Assembly (NCBI RefSeq): GCF_964204645.1 | Contig: NC_134035.1 | Coordinates: 7,224,451 to 7,288,450 of the forward strand | Reading direction: 5' to 3' | DNA from: Tubulanus polymorphus | Taxonomy: Eukaryota; Animalia; Nemertea | DNA: 64,000 nt | In this document: piece by piece, positions 1-15,300 of the stretch | Position numbering within the stretch: position 1 is the stretch's first letter | How the letters are laid out: the number at the start of each line of letters is the position of its first letter | Position numbers and translations under genes: made by a program | The notes under the pieces: generated by a model | Databases searched by the model: none | Seen by the model: only the letters and a program-made list of their open reading frames with translations | Told to the model about the DNA's origin: nothing

Positions 1-1593
1 GAAACAAAGCCACATTCTTCAAAGCGACTGTTTTCTAAGTAAATTGAGTTAGCTGTTCGTGAATGAAGTAACAAGGCAACTCATCGAGGTATTTGTGGGG
101 ACTACGATTATTCAAGAAGGTTTCATATTGTTTCTTTGAACAAAATTGATCACAAAGAGATGATATGCGCATATTCATCGGGAGCACGTAGCGATGCTCT
201 TAATGCAGGTCGGCATCTTTTGTTAAGTGCCAGTTTTTGGTGATATAGATGCCTCAAATCCGTGACCGTACGCAGCACATTGCTATCGTGCAAAATTATC
301 TTTTTATTGCTAGAGCTCGATAAAGAGAGCTGCTCTTTCTCTTATTCGGTTACGGATATTGGATTGTGAACGCGTATGTTCAAACTATATGATATTCTTC
401 GTGTAGATGTACGTGTTTTAGAAAGACAAATCAGAACTGTTAATTCGATGCCAGGTCTTCACAATTTCTCGGTAGATAAGATCGGATTGAAGTTTCTGAA
501 CAAATCAAACGACATTAAACAATCCCACGGAATATATTTTGATCTCGACGAGTTAAAGAGTCGGATGTTCAATCGGATTCAACACTTCTAGATTGAACAT
601 TGTCGAATAGATCGTTACGTAGTTTCCACGCATAGGTCAAAATCGTTTTGCGAAAAATATTAATGCGTGAAGATATCGACAACAGTTAGAGAGATTGCGA
701 GAAGAATGCATGGAATCGTGGGCGACGCGTACTTAACTATACGGGAAAATTCATAATAAAGAAAATCGAAGTGAATTTAGTAGTGTGAACTTTGCCACTT
801 ACGTCGAAGACGAACAAAGCCTCGTTTGAATGGAGATTTCGAGCTGTATGTAGGAGGCTGTCTCCGGTCACAGAATCCCGCTGTTTGTTTTCCGTCCGAA
901 TACAATAATCCCGCATATGATTAAATCCGATTTGCGGGGAATAACACAATAAGACTATATAAGCAGCCGATGCTCTAAAGCTAGGGACCTGATTTTATTG
1001 TCTACGAGCCATACAACGGTAAACTAGGGGGTCGGAGGAACCATCGATATTTACGATTGAGTCGATTCATGGTCAACGCGAGGTGTGTCGATTGAAAGGA
1101 AAGGAAAATATTTCGTAGAAAACGTTATATATCGATAAAGATCGTTTCGGCGGCTTGTTTGGTTTGAATTTGAGGATGGACGACGGTTTGTTTTTTAAAC
1201 GGCAGAGCAAATGCTTATATATCTATATCCCGTTCAAAGCACGTTGAATAAACATACGACGGGGAAACGTGTCCGACATGTGATCGTAATGTTTCATGAC
1301 TTCGGTATTTCAGTGAGCATTCAGCCTATCTTGAAATAAATATTCAAAAGTCGAGTAGTATTATAGTGTTGGCGTTGCATTTCCTCGACCATCTTTGACA
1401 GTGAAAACCGCAATAATTAGCAAGAGTACGTAAGCACTGGTCCGCTGCTGCAAGACGCCGCTTTGTCGCATTGAGTGCTAACGAAAACACATTGACATCG
1501 ACTCAAGACATTTACGCGGCTCAACCATCAGTTTAAATAGAATAACATCGATACGAATCTTATCCGCGGAATTTTCTATTCGTATATATTAAA

Positions 1594-4063
1594 ATGCAGT
1601 CGTCGGCTGTATTGAGATTGGAGCTGTTGCTACTGATGTCGAATAGTAAGTACTCATTATATTTCTTTTATCATTTTGATGTAAAAGATTGAATCAAATC
1701 GTGACGGATTAACAATCATCGTCTGCGTCTTAAAAATGCCTTGATTTCCGTGGTTTATATCTGGTATAGAATTCTTGTTTTAAATCTAAAGCTATGCGCA
1801 ATAGTAATGTGGGCGTGTAATTGGGATTGCTATATAGATGGCTCAGTTGATCGGTAGTTATAGTGGCATCGCTGTATAGATTATATCTATTAGAACCGAC
1901 GAAACGCTTGCGATCCGACTTTTGACGGGGAATACGGATCAGTTTCCTTTGCAACGACCATATTTCAATTTAAACAGTTGTAATTCGACACAAAAAAGAT
2001 CATAATCTAATATGTACTTCAATGCAGGCTTTTGGAGAGTTATTGTTGCGAGAATCGTTCTATTCACACGGACGAATTTGACTCGATATTTGACAGCTCG
2101 AGAAAAATTGACCGCTTACGACCACTAGAATTCGCATCAATTTCTCGGAACGCCGACATTTACTAGTTATTTGTCAATATTTTGTTACCAGGGCCTGAAG
2201 TTATTTACGACTTCGTGTGCCAGTAGGTTCTACCAGCACCTCTTCTGCAGTCTACTCTCTGGTCTAGTGTTTGTCAACTGTCTATGACGTAGTCTTGTGG
2301 TCCTGATCGACTTTCAGAAGTTCGTCTCACTCTCAAGCAATTTGTTTCAGTTTGCACGATATTTACTCTATTTTGTACGATATATAACCAATGTTTATAT
2401 TCTAATTTTCATCTAAATATGTGTCTGGTACGATACATTTGTGACGTCGCAGTTCCTGGCTGTCGTGGCCCCTGCCTCTACAACCAGTATAAGTTCATGT
2501 CCTTGACCTCAACCTCGGCCATAATATGGAACCTTAGGCTTGTTAGGCTTGTTAGCTCGTTTAAATGAAGCTTGTCGTAATCATTTGACGAATGATTACT
2601 CAGAGAACGAAGAATCAAGTTCAGCAGAACCAGGTTTTATTATGATTATCTCTGATGGATATCCTCGGTGTGATTTCTAGGTTCCGACTTTCGAAATTGG
2701 CATAAGCATTACTACCGATCTAAATTGATCAGATCGGTTGTTTTGAAATTATTGGAAGCGAAATGAGCTCTATACATGGAGTCTGAACCTGAACCGTTTG
2801 GAAGCAAATAAGATTTCAACATAAATAATTTTGAAAATTAATCTCCAGTCTGGTTTACACCACGACCAGCTGCACTATACAGATTCGGCGAGGTTTATTT
2901 GTGTTTATCTTACGGCGAAAAATCGGTTGAATAAAATACATACAGTACACAACCTGTGTCTTCAGTGAGGGCAATAGTGTTCTGGAAACTATGCTAGATG
3001 TTGCCGATTAAAACAAATTTCATAGAGATAATGTCAATGCTTATTAGCCTGAACTTGTAAGATAACAATAGGCGTTCGAGGCGTACGTGAAATCTGAGAA
3101 TCGTAAATACGTACATATAATGAAAATAAGAATGTCTTTCTTGTGCCGTGATAGCGGGTCGTGTCGTTTCGGTGAATTTATTCATTCGATTCATTTTTCG
3201 CATATATACTCATCGTATCAGCGTGGACTTAAAAGTGCATCATTTGTAGGAAGAAAACTTATAACAAATTTTAGTCCGTTAAACTTCGGGTTTCAAATTT
3301 GTGTTAGTTTACGTGTAACGACTTAATGAATTCGAATAATAGAATACTTCGGACTTAGTTCGCATGGGGTAAGCGCTGAGATATGAGATGGCTTTATTAA
3401 TGAGAACTTTCGTTTCTTTTTTGATATTTACAGTCGCTATAAACTCGTGTTCGGGAATATCGCCGTCGTCGGATAAACAAGTGATCGAATTGGATTTGCA
3501 ATACGGCATCGTGAAAGGATACAGTCCCTACGTGAAATTCATCGAACCACCGAAACCCTCGTGGACTGAAAAATGTAGCAGTCAGTCGGTCGTTAAAATC
3601 GATTTGTCCGGACCGTACAAACTGGTTCGTTTTTTACTGGACTATACCGACCGACCTCGGTTATGGACGTTCGACGTGTCGGATACTGAAATCGGGAACG
3701 GTTTTGGCGGACATTTCGTCAACGATTCTCAAAAGGCGGCAGAAGTGCAAATACTGAACCGCCAGCTTCGTGTTTATAGCAATGGTTTGCCCGGTTATCG
3801 AGATGCTACGATAAACGGAGGTTTCCTGATGAAAGTAGTCGACGGCGTCACGAAAAAGGGCAGTAAATTCATGCTAGAGGTTAGCCATGAACACGTGGCA
3901 TGGAATAACGGCAAAATCAAAGACTCAATCGATTCCAAATATTTATTCAAACAGTATCCCGGACCCGCCGATGTTTATGCTGGATTTAACCGAGTAGTTG
4001 GCGGAAGTTACCGAATCGGAAACGGACTTTGCCGAGCCCTTATCGTTCTGTTTAATATGCACG
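1594..4063 (+). CDS. Putative alternative 5' exons of SCUBE: signal-peptide exon 1594-1645 plus a 630-nt exon 3434-4063 encoding an unrecognised ~200-aa extracellular domain
   Basis: 1594 ATG gives MQSSAVLRLELLLLMSN, then A|gtaagt (phase 1). Pyrimidine-rich acceptor ttcttttttgatatttacag|TC at 3433/3434 (phase 1) continues IAINSCSG. The exon ends ATG CAC G|gtaagt at 4063 (phase 1), compatible with the first EGF exon at 12780. The ORF-track ORF 3388-4071 is this exon read through both splice sites. Confidence 0.65.
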
Positions 4064-4889
4064 GTAAGTGATAGAGTAGTAAATATCTTGTTTTAGGATT
4101 TAGGTACAGGCACAAATTTTCAAGATAAATCGATTCCCTCGCAGTTCAAAACGTTCCAGTTCTACCACGAATTGCCAAATCTCTCGTAGAAATGGACCTA
4201 AAATGGATTAATTGCTTGTGCATACTTTATAGGGATCTAGATTGTGATAAGTGATACAGATGTTATATTTGTTTTATCTTGCTTTGCGATAAATACCGGT
4301 TTCACACCTTAGAAAAAACGGTTTCATGAAAGTGTACCATAATCATCCTGCTGTTGTCCGCGTTTCAATAATTGTTTTTAGGTTTCGACGGACAAAATTC
4401 TTAGGAGTTTTAAGGAGCACTCGAATTTCTGCGATCTAATGTCCGTCATATTGTTGATATCTCCCATCCGACGGCCAGCCTGTGGCTACTAGTATAACTT
4501 TCAAATAATGGTCTCTGCGCAAGGACACTCGTGGTTGACATTCAGATCTATTTGTTTTTTTTAGTACAATGATTAGTTTGAATGGTTCTTGAACAAAAAT
4601 GAATTGATTTGAAATGGTTGATTGACAAACATTACTTAAAGATAGTTACTAGGACCTCGACACAAATGCACCTGAAGAAGATAGCAGAATACATGTATTT
4701 GTAATGTTGACTGAAACTCATCACGGAGTCTTTTGAGATGCGCGGTTACAATGATTTTCTCCATGTGCAAAATATCAGCATACACTGAAATAATTCATTT
4801 GTGAAATGTAGATTTGGAAATGGTCAAAATTCTATAGTTTATTGAACAATATTTACATACAGGTTTCAATGTTTTTACGGTGTAAATTA

Positions 4890-5790
4890 AAGTGACATCA
4901 CACTGAAGAAGCGTTTGGCAGTGAACGGTTCAATTGTGTTAGGTAACTTGCAAAAATCGGTTATTTTGTAGCAGACATCACAGCTTTCGTGGAATAATTC
5001 GGAAAAACTCAATTTCTCAGTTATTTTTGATTTTGTAAACCCAGTGAATGTTGAATGTGGTGTGAATCTCTCGTCGGGATCGATTAAGTTTGACCGATGG
5101 AGCCAAATATTAAACATTTTGCATTGTCCATATAACACGACACACGCGGCTAGAGACACATTTACATTGGCTAACAAGTCGTATTTCATACGACGTTGCA
5201 GAAGTTCTTTTGGCCAATTATCGCGGTGGGTTGGTTTCCGACAATAGCATTTCCCGCGTGCGTTGAAACTGTGGGTAATTTCTTTGTTGTAGCGCCAGGG
5301 GCCACTTGGTGCACTGATTTTTCTTTTCTAGTTCTTATTCTTCCTAAGTGCGTATGCCCGTTCGAACGCCATTCTCGACTTTTCGATTGTAGGATAAATG
5401 TCCCCATATAGTATTACAATGCTTCGATCCACTGGGCGAAATGTTTGAATACCATAGTCGTTATGGTAGAAATTTAAATGTGTTTTCAATAGGTTTGTAT
5501 TTTGCTGGTTTCACTACTATGGAGATTAATTCTAAGGCAGGAAAAATTCCTGATAGGCAAATTGAAGCGGTTGGTGGTTGTGGAGCTCCATCAAAACGGA
5601 ATTCCAGAAATGGTGATAGATACAGCTGAATACCGGCTCAAATGGAACACCCAAACTGCGCACATAAAAATACCACAAAAATCACGATTATATTTTCAAC
5701 GACGGCTCGAAACTTCCTCCAATTGTAGGATATCTCATCGCATACCTTTTATCATAAATATATGGTTTGTATCGATATCACGATTATAAT
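4890..5790 (-). mobile_element. Heavily decayed Penelope-like retroelement fragment (RT / GIY-YIG remnants)
   Basis: Frameshifted minus-strand pieces resemble PLE motifs: CVVLY..QCK, IGQT, ERF..H and LPNTIEPF (GIY-YIG end), with YNRDFCGIF (YIDD-like) upstream. Many stops. Confidence 0.4.
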
Positions 5791-6985
5791 GGAATCGTCA
5801 TATCACGAGGGGACTAGAAATGACATACGAGTTGAAATCCGATACGCCCGTAATGACACTAGTTTTCTCAGTGATTGTACGCACCGCGGTTCAAATTAGT
5901 CGAACTTTCGGGTCGTCAGTGCGATTTAGATCTTTGTTGCCTTCCCTACCACTCAATCGACGATAATTGCTGTCTGATTGAAATGAATTCGTCAAAGTCC
6001 TGCCATTTAACTGACATGTGCATACGCGGAATACAAATTACACGAAATATACTCCTTTAAAGCACCTAACTAACCCATCCGCTTTGGGCAGTATTTCATC
6101 GCGAATACAATGCGAAACGTTCGAGTGTTTTTCACTTTATAGAAACTGTTAAAAATTGTTGTCGCATTGGCTCTTACAGAAAGTTATTTTGTTCAAAAAT
6201 CGTCTGTCGTAATTTATGAATGCGTCAATAATTATAAGTTCGGTTTAATTGATAATCCGTGTACTGATATTTCAAACGGAGGAATGACAAATTAACGTTG
6301 TGAGTTCCAGTTACACCCAGTGAATAAAGCTTATTTTAGTTTGTACATGTAATTGATTTTGAATACGTCGGGCCAATCTTAAGATGTAAGACAGCACAAG
6401 CACCTGATCTGTATAACTATGCTATAGTGCAACTGACAAGACTTAGATAGATTTCAGATTGATTTTCACCATTACGGTTACTACGAACTACAAAGCAAAA
6501 CTAAAGCTTTAAAACAGATTTAGGCAAATTTTTGATTCTACTGATGTTTTGGCTGATGCTTTCGTGGGTGGACGAATTCATTAGGTTTCTTTTGTCAGAA
6601 CGTAGGTGCCCGTTCGCCGCTGGGTGATATACCAGCAATGAATTTCATTTCTGACATTTGTAGGCGGAGCGATGTATGTGCATCGTCATACGATTATTGT
6701 TAAGCAATTTGCACGGTTTTTAACCTATAGGCTACATTTAGAAAATACCATTGACGCGAATGTACGTAATAATCGCAACTCTTTTCGCGTGAGATGCATT
6801 TTGATGGGCTTCATGACAGTTTTTTAATTCAGATTTCTTTGTCGCCGGTGTGGTCGCGCGGTCGTAGAATTAGCATTCTTAGTTACTTGAATTTACGAAA
6901 GCCGCCGGTTCTTTAAAGTCGCAGTCCCCCTTTCTATGGGACTGAAGACCACCCATCAGGCCATCAGAGTAACATGTTTCTGATA

Positions 6986-7208
<223 letters not shown>

Positions 7209-9375
7209 GAATTAGATGCAATAGTTTAATTCCATTATTTTCTTTTTCAATTTCACCTATACGATTCTATGGATCTAATAGGGATGCCGGGAAAAGAAAG
7301 AAAAACTGCCGGCTGAATGAACCCTCAAAGTCTAATTTGATCTTGCCCGCACAGAAGTAGACTCGTCGAGTGAAATAAACCGGCGAAAAATAAAAACAGA
7401 CTACGACACGATGAAAACATGGCTTTCATAACTTTTGCAGACATTGTTTTTTTTTTGTTTTCGCAAGATGTGTGTTAGTATCATTATGTGGAAACTGCGT
7501 ATGCAAATGAGAGCGATCATAGCGAGAGTGGAGGATGAAATATTCGGATTTCCTGAGTGGACTTCGATTCACGCGCTCGTACGAATCAAGAGTCGTCAAG
7601 TGACGTATTATGGAGCTTAGGCTTATTTATAAGGGCCTGGAAATAAGTCAAGAGTCATTGAAAAGAAACAACTTCTTAGTATAAAACGACGTCATTATAT
7701 TATATTTCCTTCTACGCTTTGTACCCGATAAAATTGTTGTTGTGATTTCATTTTCGCCTTTTACCCCTTTCCGGAAAAGTGCGTTCATGCATATAAACAT
7801 CACACCGCAACCAAATAGACCCCTGTTTCTCGGGGATAATCTGTATAGATTGCGACATAATGTTATTCCTATTTCTTGAAAAAAAAACCCTTACCGCTTT
7901 CGTGGCACCCGTTAAAATATTAGCGATTACAGCAGTAACTTGAATCTGCCTCAAGGAAACAGGGACGTGATAGAAAAAAAACATTTCAACGAACATTTTT
8001 GGCAACTTCATTTTCGTGAATCCTACATGCAGACCTTCTACTATATTAAGATAGATATTTCTATACTCCATGTGCGGCTAATGATAATGTCGAAGGAATT
8101 TCCTCATTTTGTCCGACACATTCATAAAAATTGAATTATAAAAAAGGGATTTGTTTCTTTGAATACAACTGTATCTTTCGATAGATGTGAAGTTATATTG
8201 CCGGATATAACATTGGAACAGGAAAATTTTGTTGAAAATGTTTGTTCGGTCGGTTTAACAGTAGAGCCCTGTGTTCTATGTAGAACTGCGCAATATGAAC
8301 GCGTCTGTTAGAGTCAATATGATCAATGTACGAAATACCATTTTTAAGCCAAGAATGTCTGCGACTTTGAGGTAATTGATATACAAAATACATCGAATAG
8401 CATCAATTCAAATAAAAACTATAGTTATAGTGCGAATAGTTAATATCGTATAGCAGGTTTCCATTAGCACGCTAGCCAAACTGGACACTATAGGATCGAC
8501 GCATCAGGCGAGTCGTTTTTCTACTGAAATTATACGATACATTTATTAACGGATTATGATCGGTCGAACCACTTCCAACTTGTCGTTTTTACGGGTAAAT
8601 GTTTTTTTACAATGTTGCTTCAAAATCGACGATTGAATGCCGTCAATAATGCACCGTCGGAGACATGCCAGTCATGTCAGCATCTCCTCGAACCCTCAGC
8701 TAATTACGGATTTAATTTCCTCATTTGTGCACACGTCTTTTTGTAAAAATGGATGAGAGAAATCGAGTATGGGGCTTGAACACCTTTTTGCGCGTATCCT
8801 GTAGACTGCGCATCTAACGTTACCAAGGGTCACGACTCTCATCGGTTTCTTTGTTGTAAACAAGACTTATATCAACACTCATTGGCCAGACTAAACCTAG
8901 AAATCTGAACCGCCACAGAAAAGCGACCGCTGGTTTTTTCACGTTATCTGTTATTCCGATATACTGCATTCGTTTTAGAAGAAAGTCGGGATAAATAGTA
9001 TTTATTGTGCGAAGGCATGTCATTGCGACACACTCGAGACCCTGCTAATCTAATCCTCGCCAGTCGGCGCACTCAGTGAAAATAGACAGTCAAGTACGGT
9101 CGGGATTAGAAATAACCGCAGACGAGAGAGACAGGGACTGAGAACGCGTGTTTACATCATCGTGCAAATAACAAAACGCATTTTACTATAAAGAGAACGC
9201 CGAAAATTGCGTAAAGTCGACCCCTGCGAGGAAAGCGCGCAGACACGCCAGTAACACGTATGAAGCTACCAATCAGCTGCGGGTAATAAACCCTAAGTGT
9301 CGATACAATGAATAAACTACATTTTAGGACGGTGCTGCAAGGAAACTATGCTTGAACGCAGTCTCGCTAAGAGCG

Positions 9376-12300
9376 ATGTGGACTCATATTTTACTGGGAC
9401 TTAGCTTGCTCTGTTTATTTCGTGTCGTTACGCCGGGACGGACTTCAAGAAAACCGGGTAAGTCGTCGCATTTTCACACGAACACCAGCGGCCCCGTTAT
9501 CGCTTCCCGTATCGGGGACGACGGTTTCGTAAACATTCGTCTGTTCATCGGGTTAAAAGTCACTGTATTTGAAATCTGATATCAAATTATGATGACTGAA
9601 ACAAATATTGAGCGAGTGTGCGAGTGTGCGTGTGCGTGTGAACTGCGTACCGGTGATTTGGTTTTGGGTGTATATATATCGGTTGCAAATGTATCAATGA
9701 TTAAGATATGAATTTTATTGATAATCATCTTTATTGTCAGAGAATATTCTTGTATGACACATACAAATATAAAAGGATACAGTTTGTATGGACATTTCCA
9801 CACACATACGAATGCAAAATCTGTAGAATTGATTACATATAATGATCTGATTGATAAACTAGATCAATGAATTGATTTAAGAAATTTTAGTTTGTTCAGA
9901 AATGTTGATGAATCGATACTATTGAGGAGGTTTCTCGTAAATTTGGCAACTTTATATGCATGGTATCAAACGAAGTAGCCTAAAGGAAATTAATCGAAAA
10001 CTTTCTTAGAAAAGGTTTAGACATATCGACGGATTGTTAAAACCATCAGTTTGCTCATAGTACGAATGCGGTTCAGACGGATTGAAGACCATTTGTCGTC
10101 AATGTTCACATTTACCTGTGTTCTCGATTTCGGAAGGAGTTTATCCCGGTCTCATTTTGATTCGCTTATACGAAACCGGCACCAGTTTTGCGATTGCTGG
10201 GTTAGATTTAGTTAAGTTCCTATTTATCAAACTCGATTGGTAAAATATCAACCCATGCATAACATTTCATCTACGATATCTTAGACAATAAGTATCGAGA
10301 TTTCGAGATTTTTTGTTGTTTAAAGTATAAAGGAAATAATTGTTTGAAATCGTTAATGCCAGATCTGATACTTCACATTTAAAGTGAGTTGGTTTAAAAA
10401 AGAATAGGTAAATACTGCACCTCACGTAATGGAAAACAATGTCTGAATGTATCCTTCATTTCTACTTTGACTCTCAGGAATTGGCTCTTGAAGTGAAACT
10501 TTGAATAAAGATGACGTTTAATGATTTCAAATCTTTTTTAAAGCGAGATCTGTAAAAATAAATCCTGAAATTAATGATTTTGATTTCGTGATGGTAATTA
10601 TTTTAAAATGTTAACCTTTATCAAACTGTGATTAATCAGATTCTGAGTGATTTATGTTTTTTTCGATCAGCGCTGTATAGATTTATACGGTATCGATACA
10701 GACGTAATGAGTATGAAGTAGCGCGGTTCAAACTAAACCCGAGCCGTGTTCAAAAGTGCGCGATATTGGCTCATTCTATGAAAGAAAAACCCAGTTGACC
10801 TTTTCGTTGACCTGTTATAGATGTATATCAATTTCGGCGGAGGGTAAAGCTAAATGTTTTGCGTAGAATTTCGATAGGATATTAGCGCGGTGAAGAGGCT
10901 CTATACGACATGGCAACTTCGAGTCACCGATCACGCAAACGCACTTGACTATCTCTCTATACGGGTGGTATCAATGTCACCTTTTCACCCATCGTATTTC
11001 GAGTGTTATTTTTTTACAATATGTATATACTATAACGAAAGTTGAGCTACATTTACGAAGAATTCTGTGTCATTGTCAATACATATATGTTCACTAACGA
11101 CGTCGTCATCTGTTGGAATGATTCTGCGAAAAAAACGGTTGATTTTATTACCTGAACATGATATGCCTTTACTCACCGATTCCGCGGAAGTGTTTCCAGT
11201 ATTGAGGACCCTTATGCTTGTGTTTTAATGACAATGACAGGGCCCTTTACGTTGCGTCATTAATGATACAAAATAATGACTCATCGGTCACAGTTAACCT
11301 CGCAGTACTAATCAGTTCAGCGAAGTCCTCATGATGGTCTAATAACGAGTCGTCCAGGTCTGTTGAAGGAGGACGGAGTAGGTTGCGTCCTTTTGCTCAG
11401 CAGTCGCCAGCTAGTTGTGGACTGAATTCGTTTAGATTATGAAAGTTCAATTGCAATTATCGATTTAATTTGAATTAATCAACTCGAGCGAAACATTCTA
11501 ACTGTATTTTCAAAATTGAAAAATATTCGTGTTCACTTTTGAAAACGAAGTTGTGCGATAAGATTGCACGTATCGCGTTCCTTATTTCAAAACAACGCTT
11601 TATAAAACAAATAGCTTCTAGTTTAAAAACCAAAGATACAATTCTACACACCTGACAATGATCTCTAGGGTGTGATCGAAACGTCGTGTATTTTACATTT
11701 TAGATTTTTTGAATAAATAAGTTCTCGATTTTGAAATAAGTTCAATTTGTGTGGGTTTTTATCCGTTCACCATGTTTGAGTGTGGTTATCGTACTACTAT
11801 TTTCCGTGGTTCCTTTTCATAATTTAGGGAGTTAAAAAAACAAGGTATTCTACAATAAGTGTCGTTCCGATTTTATAATGTTCTATTAGTCGGCCGCTAG
11901 TCTGTCACTTTCACCGATTTCAGATAGATACGTGCGTATCGTAACTACGTAAACAACAAGAACCGACTGCGGTGTGGATTAACCGCCAGTAAAAACAGCA
12001 AAATCTCACCAGCGAACAGCTGCCCGTTAACTATTCGCCCTCGTTCACCGAAACCCAAACGCCTTCACCAATCGTTATCTACGTTTTATCAAAGAACCCT
12101 ATATGCCATGCGGCATCTTTCAAGTTTCACCGCACCTATGAGTTAAATTTGATTATGCTATAAGGATCATCCGATATATCCTTGGGATGGTTGGAAAATT
12201 GTTTAAAATACATTTGAAGAAAATATATATACACATACTAGGCGTAATGCACGTATGCGCAACTCGCGTTAATGTCATCGCGTACAATTTCAACTATTAC

Positions 12301-15300
12301 ACTGTTTTATATGGTAAATCGCCCGAGACAGCGATCGGGATTTTGTCGGTATTTTCTCATTGATCTCGGCCACATTTATTAATTCGATCATTATATTGCG
12401 CTTTCTCTCGCTCTGCGTAGATTAAACTGTTTTCGTTTCTCAGACGTCGCGGCAACCCTTGGAAGTGTCGACGTATATAGTACTATAGTTTCTGACACCT
12501 TTAACAGTTAAAACCCTACCGCAACGCGAATTCATTGTCGGTCGGTTAGCACTTTGATCAGACGAGACCGAGTACAGTTCGTTTAATGATATCGTGTTTG
12601 TTTCTGTAAACCTGCGTTCTTGATAATTATTACACGTCCTTTCTGCTTTGACTGCCAGTGTCGCCGCTTAAACGAAGCCGATACGCGAGCACAAACTAAA
12701 ATCATCTTCAATACAATTGAATTTATTTTCAATTCATGGACAAAAATCAAGATATTCCAGCGTTATTGTGTTTTTTTAGAGAGAAACGAATGCCTCACAG
12801 ATCGACACAAATGCCACCCGGATGCCAACTGCTCAGACACCAGACGGTCCTATAGATGTCGCTGTAAGCAGGGTTTCTATGGAACAGGCAAAATATGTAA
12901 AGGTACACGCGTAACGGGGAAATAATGACGACAAAGATAGATGACGTGTTTTCACTGTTCACCATTATCGTTGTAGACGTCTAGACAGGGGCACATCTAG
13001 AGTCCGGTCTGATTCAGAGAGTGTTGCATCTTTAAGATGTCACATCATAATATGAATTAAAAGGGCAACCGATCACCCCAGAAAGCATTACCTCATTTGA
13101 GGAAGCACAGAGGATATGCTTATGAATTTAAACTTTTAAAGTACTCAAGTTGATATTCTATAGTTAATAACTTTCAATTTCCAGGGGCCCTTGTACCATC
13201 CCCTTGGATCCACCGCGGCTAGATTTAGTTTGCTATGTCGTTGTAGATGCAGATGAATGCTCTTATGAAAATGGCGGCTGTGTGCATAGCTGTAACAATA
13301 CGCATGGCGGATATAACTGCTCGTGTTGGGACGGATTTGTGCTAGCGGACGATGGCCATAATTGCATAGGTAAGATGAGTTCTATTTCATAGGTAGTTAT
13401 CGGCTGAATGTTTAACGTTTTTAAATCTAAAAATGTTCAAAACTAACATTTCGAGTTTCGTATTTTATTTCACGATCTATCACTGTTTTATATCGGGTAC
13501 TATACATAAAGATTTAATTTCCGCGCGCGCGTGGAGGTCGTGTGGGGAAAATATAATCTTTATCTGAGTTTACGCAAAAATGGCAATAAAACAGCAAACA
13601 AATAACAACAAAACACCGAGATGACACAATGTATAAAAATATATTCAAGGTTAAAAAGAGCAGCAGTTATCGAAACTGTTCTATCCACATTATTACTGGC
13701 GAGGACATACATAAGTATATTTCAGTAAATTCAAGATAGCAGGTTTATAAAAATTGAAAATATTTGAGGAAGACGATATATCCAATTCATCAATATCATA
13801 TGATTGTTTTTGAAGTGTGAAACGTACGACATACCGCAGAAAACTGTCTAGATTTCTTTAAAAAGGATACATTTTTCCTTCGATACAGATGAAAATGAAT
13901 GTTTGGAAAATAAGGGTGGCTGCGAGCATCAATGCATTAACACAATCGGTAGTTTTTTATGTAAATGTAATGTTGGTTATACGCTGAGTCAAGACGAACG
14001 CACTTGTACAGGTAAATTCGAGCAAACTTATCACTTTTCTATGATCAGTAATGATGGTATTCACTGTGGTTTCAATAAACTATAAAAAATACATTGAGAA
14101 GCTAAAATCATTTTTCCTCATGTTTTTTTTCTAATGAAGCGGGTACCTGGTGTCAGGAGAAATTGGATTGCAAATTTCCTTGTACGAATGCCATCAAATG
14201 CGCCTGTAGAAACGGTTTCGTAATGCAGAAAAATACTAAATCATGCAGACGTAAGTATCTATACAAAAAGTCTCCTTCATGGTTCAATTATTAATTACGT
14301 TGTTATAACACTCTGCATTAAACGTATGTTTTAGATATATTATTTTTTGATTAAACAATGTTAGAAATTAACGATAAAGATTAAATGTGATTTGTATCGA
14401 GGCTGTAGCGACCCGGGCGTTCACAAGTGTGCCGACATCGTCTTTAAATTGTTCAAATTTATTCATTTTCGTGACGTTCATCACCTATTTTTTGAATACT
14501 TACCTCTTTTAGGGTCTGGCTATGAATATAATTTTGAAATTGGTTCGTGAAGTTTTTAATGTTCTCTTCTGCAGGAACCTGTGCCGCCGGTAACGGGGGA
14601 TGTCAACATTTGTGTACGGATAGTGTGGCGGGTCCTGTTTGTAGTTGCGTTGATAAATACATGTCCCACGGATCTCTATGCATAGGTAAGTCGTGACTTG
14701 TGTCAGCGCACAATCCGAAACACGGGACCGAATCACATTTCTGGCTTGTGCCTATGACTGTGCGCCAAGGTATTTATTGCGTAACCTAATGCAATCGATT
14801 AGAGCTGAAAACAACTGAATCGACTGATGAAAATGTTTGGAACTTTTATCTAAAAATCAGACCATTTGTTAAAACATTTATTTAGTCATTTATTTCGTTT
14901 ATGATTTCAAAATGATTGAAATACTGAAAAAGACTGAAATACAACTGATTAATGGCAATTTTCAAATAATATTATTCGGTTTTAGCAACGTGTGCCATTA
15001 AGAATGGTAACTGTGATAGGCAGTGTGGGGATACGCCACAAGGTCCGCAATGTTCATGTCCGGAAGGATACATTCTACACCAAGATGGAAAAACCTGTCT
15101 GGGTAGGTTTTCAAGATTAAACAATAAAACTGTCTTATCGCGACGTGCCAATTGTATCGTATTTCGAATAGATCTTTATTCATAGATGATGTTCATTTAT
15201 CCAGCATGTCAATAGCTAGTTTTTGTTGCGAATGAAAAATCTTACTTAACATTAATTCAATACAGATATCGACGAATGTAAATCTGAAAATGGTGGATGC

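Noticed and set aside
376-949. Short ORFs at the window start
   Set aside because: No recognisable motifs or consistent splice structure.
3388-4071. 227-aa ORF as a standalone single-exon secreted protein
   Set aside because: Its hydrophobic start is a translated polypyrimidine tract ending in an AG acceptor, and its end is a gtaagt donor read through. Better explained as an internal exon, though not fully excluded.
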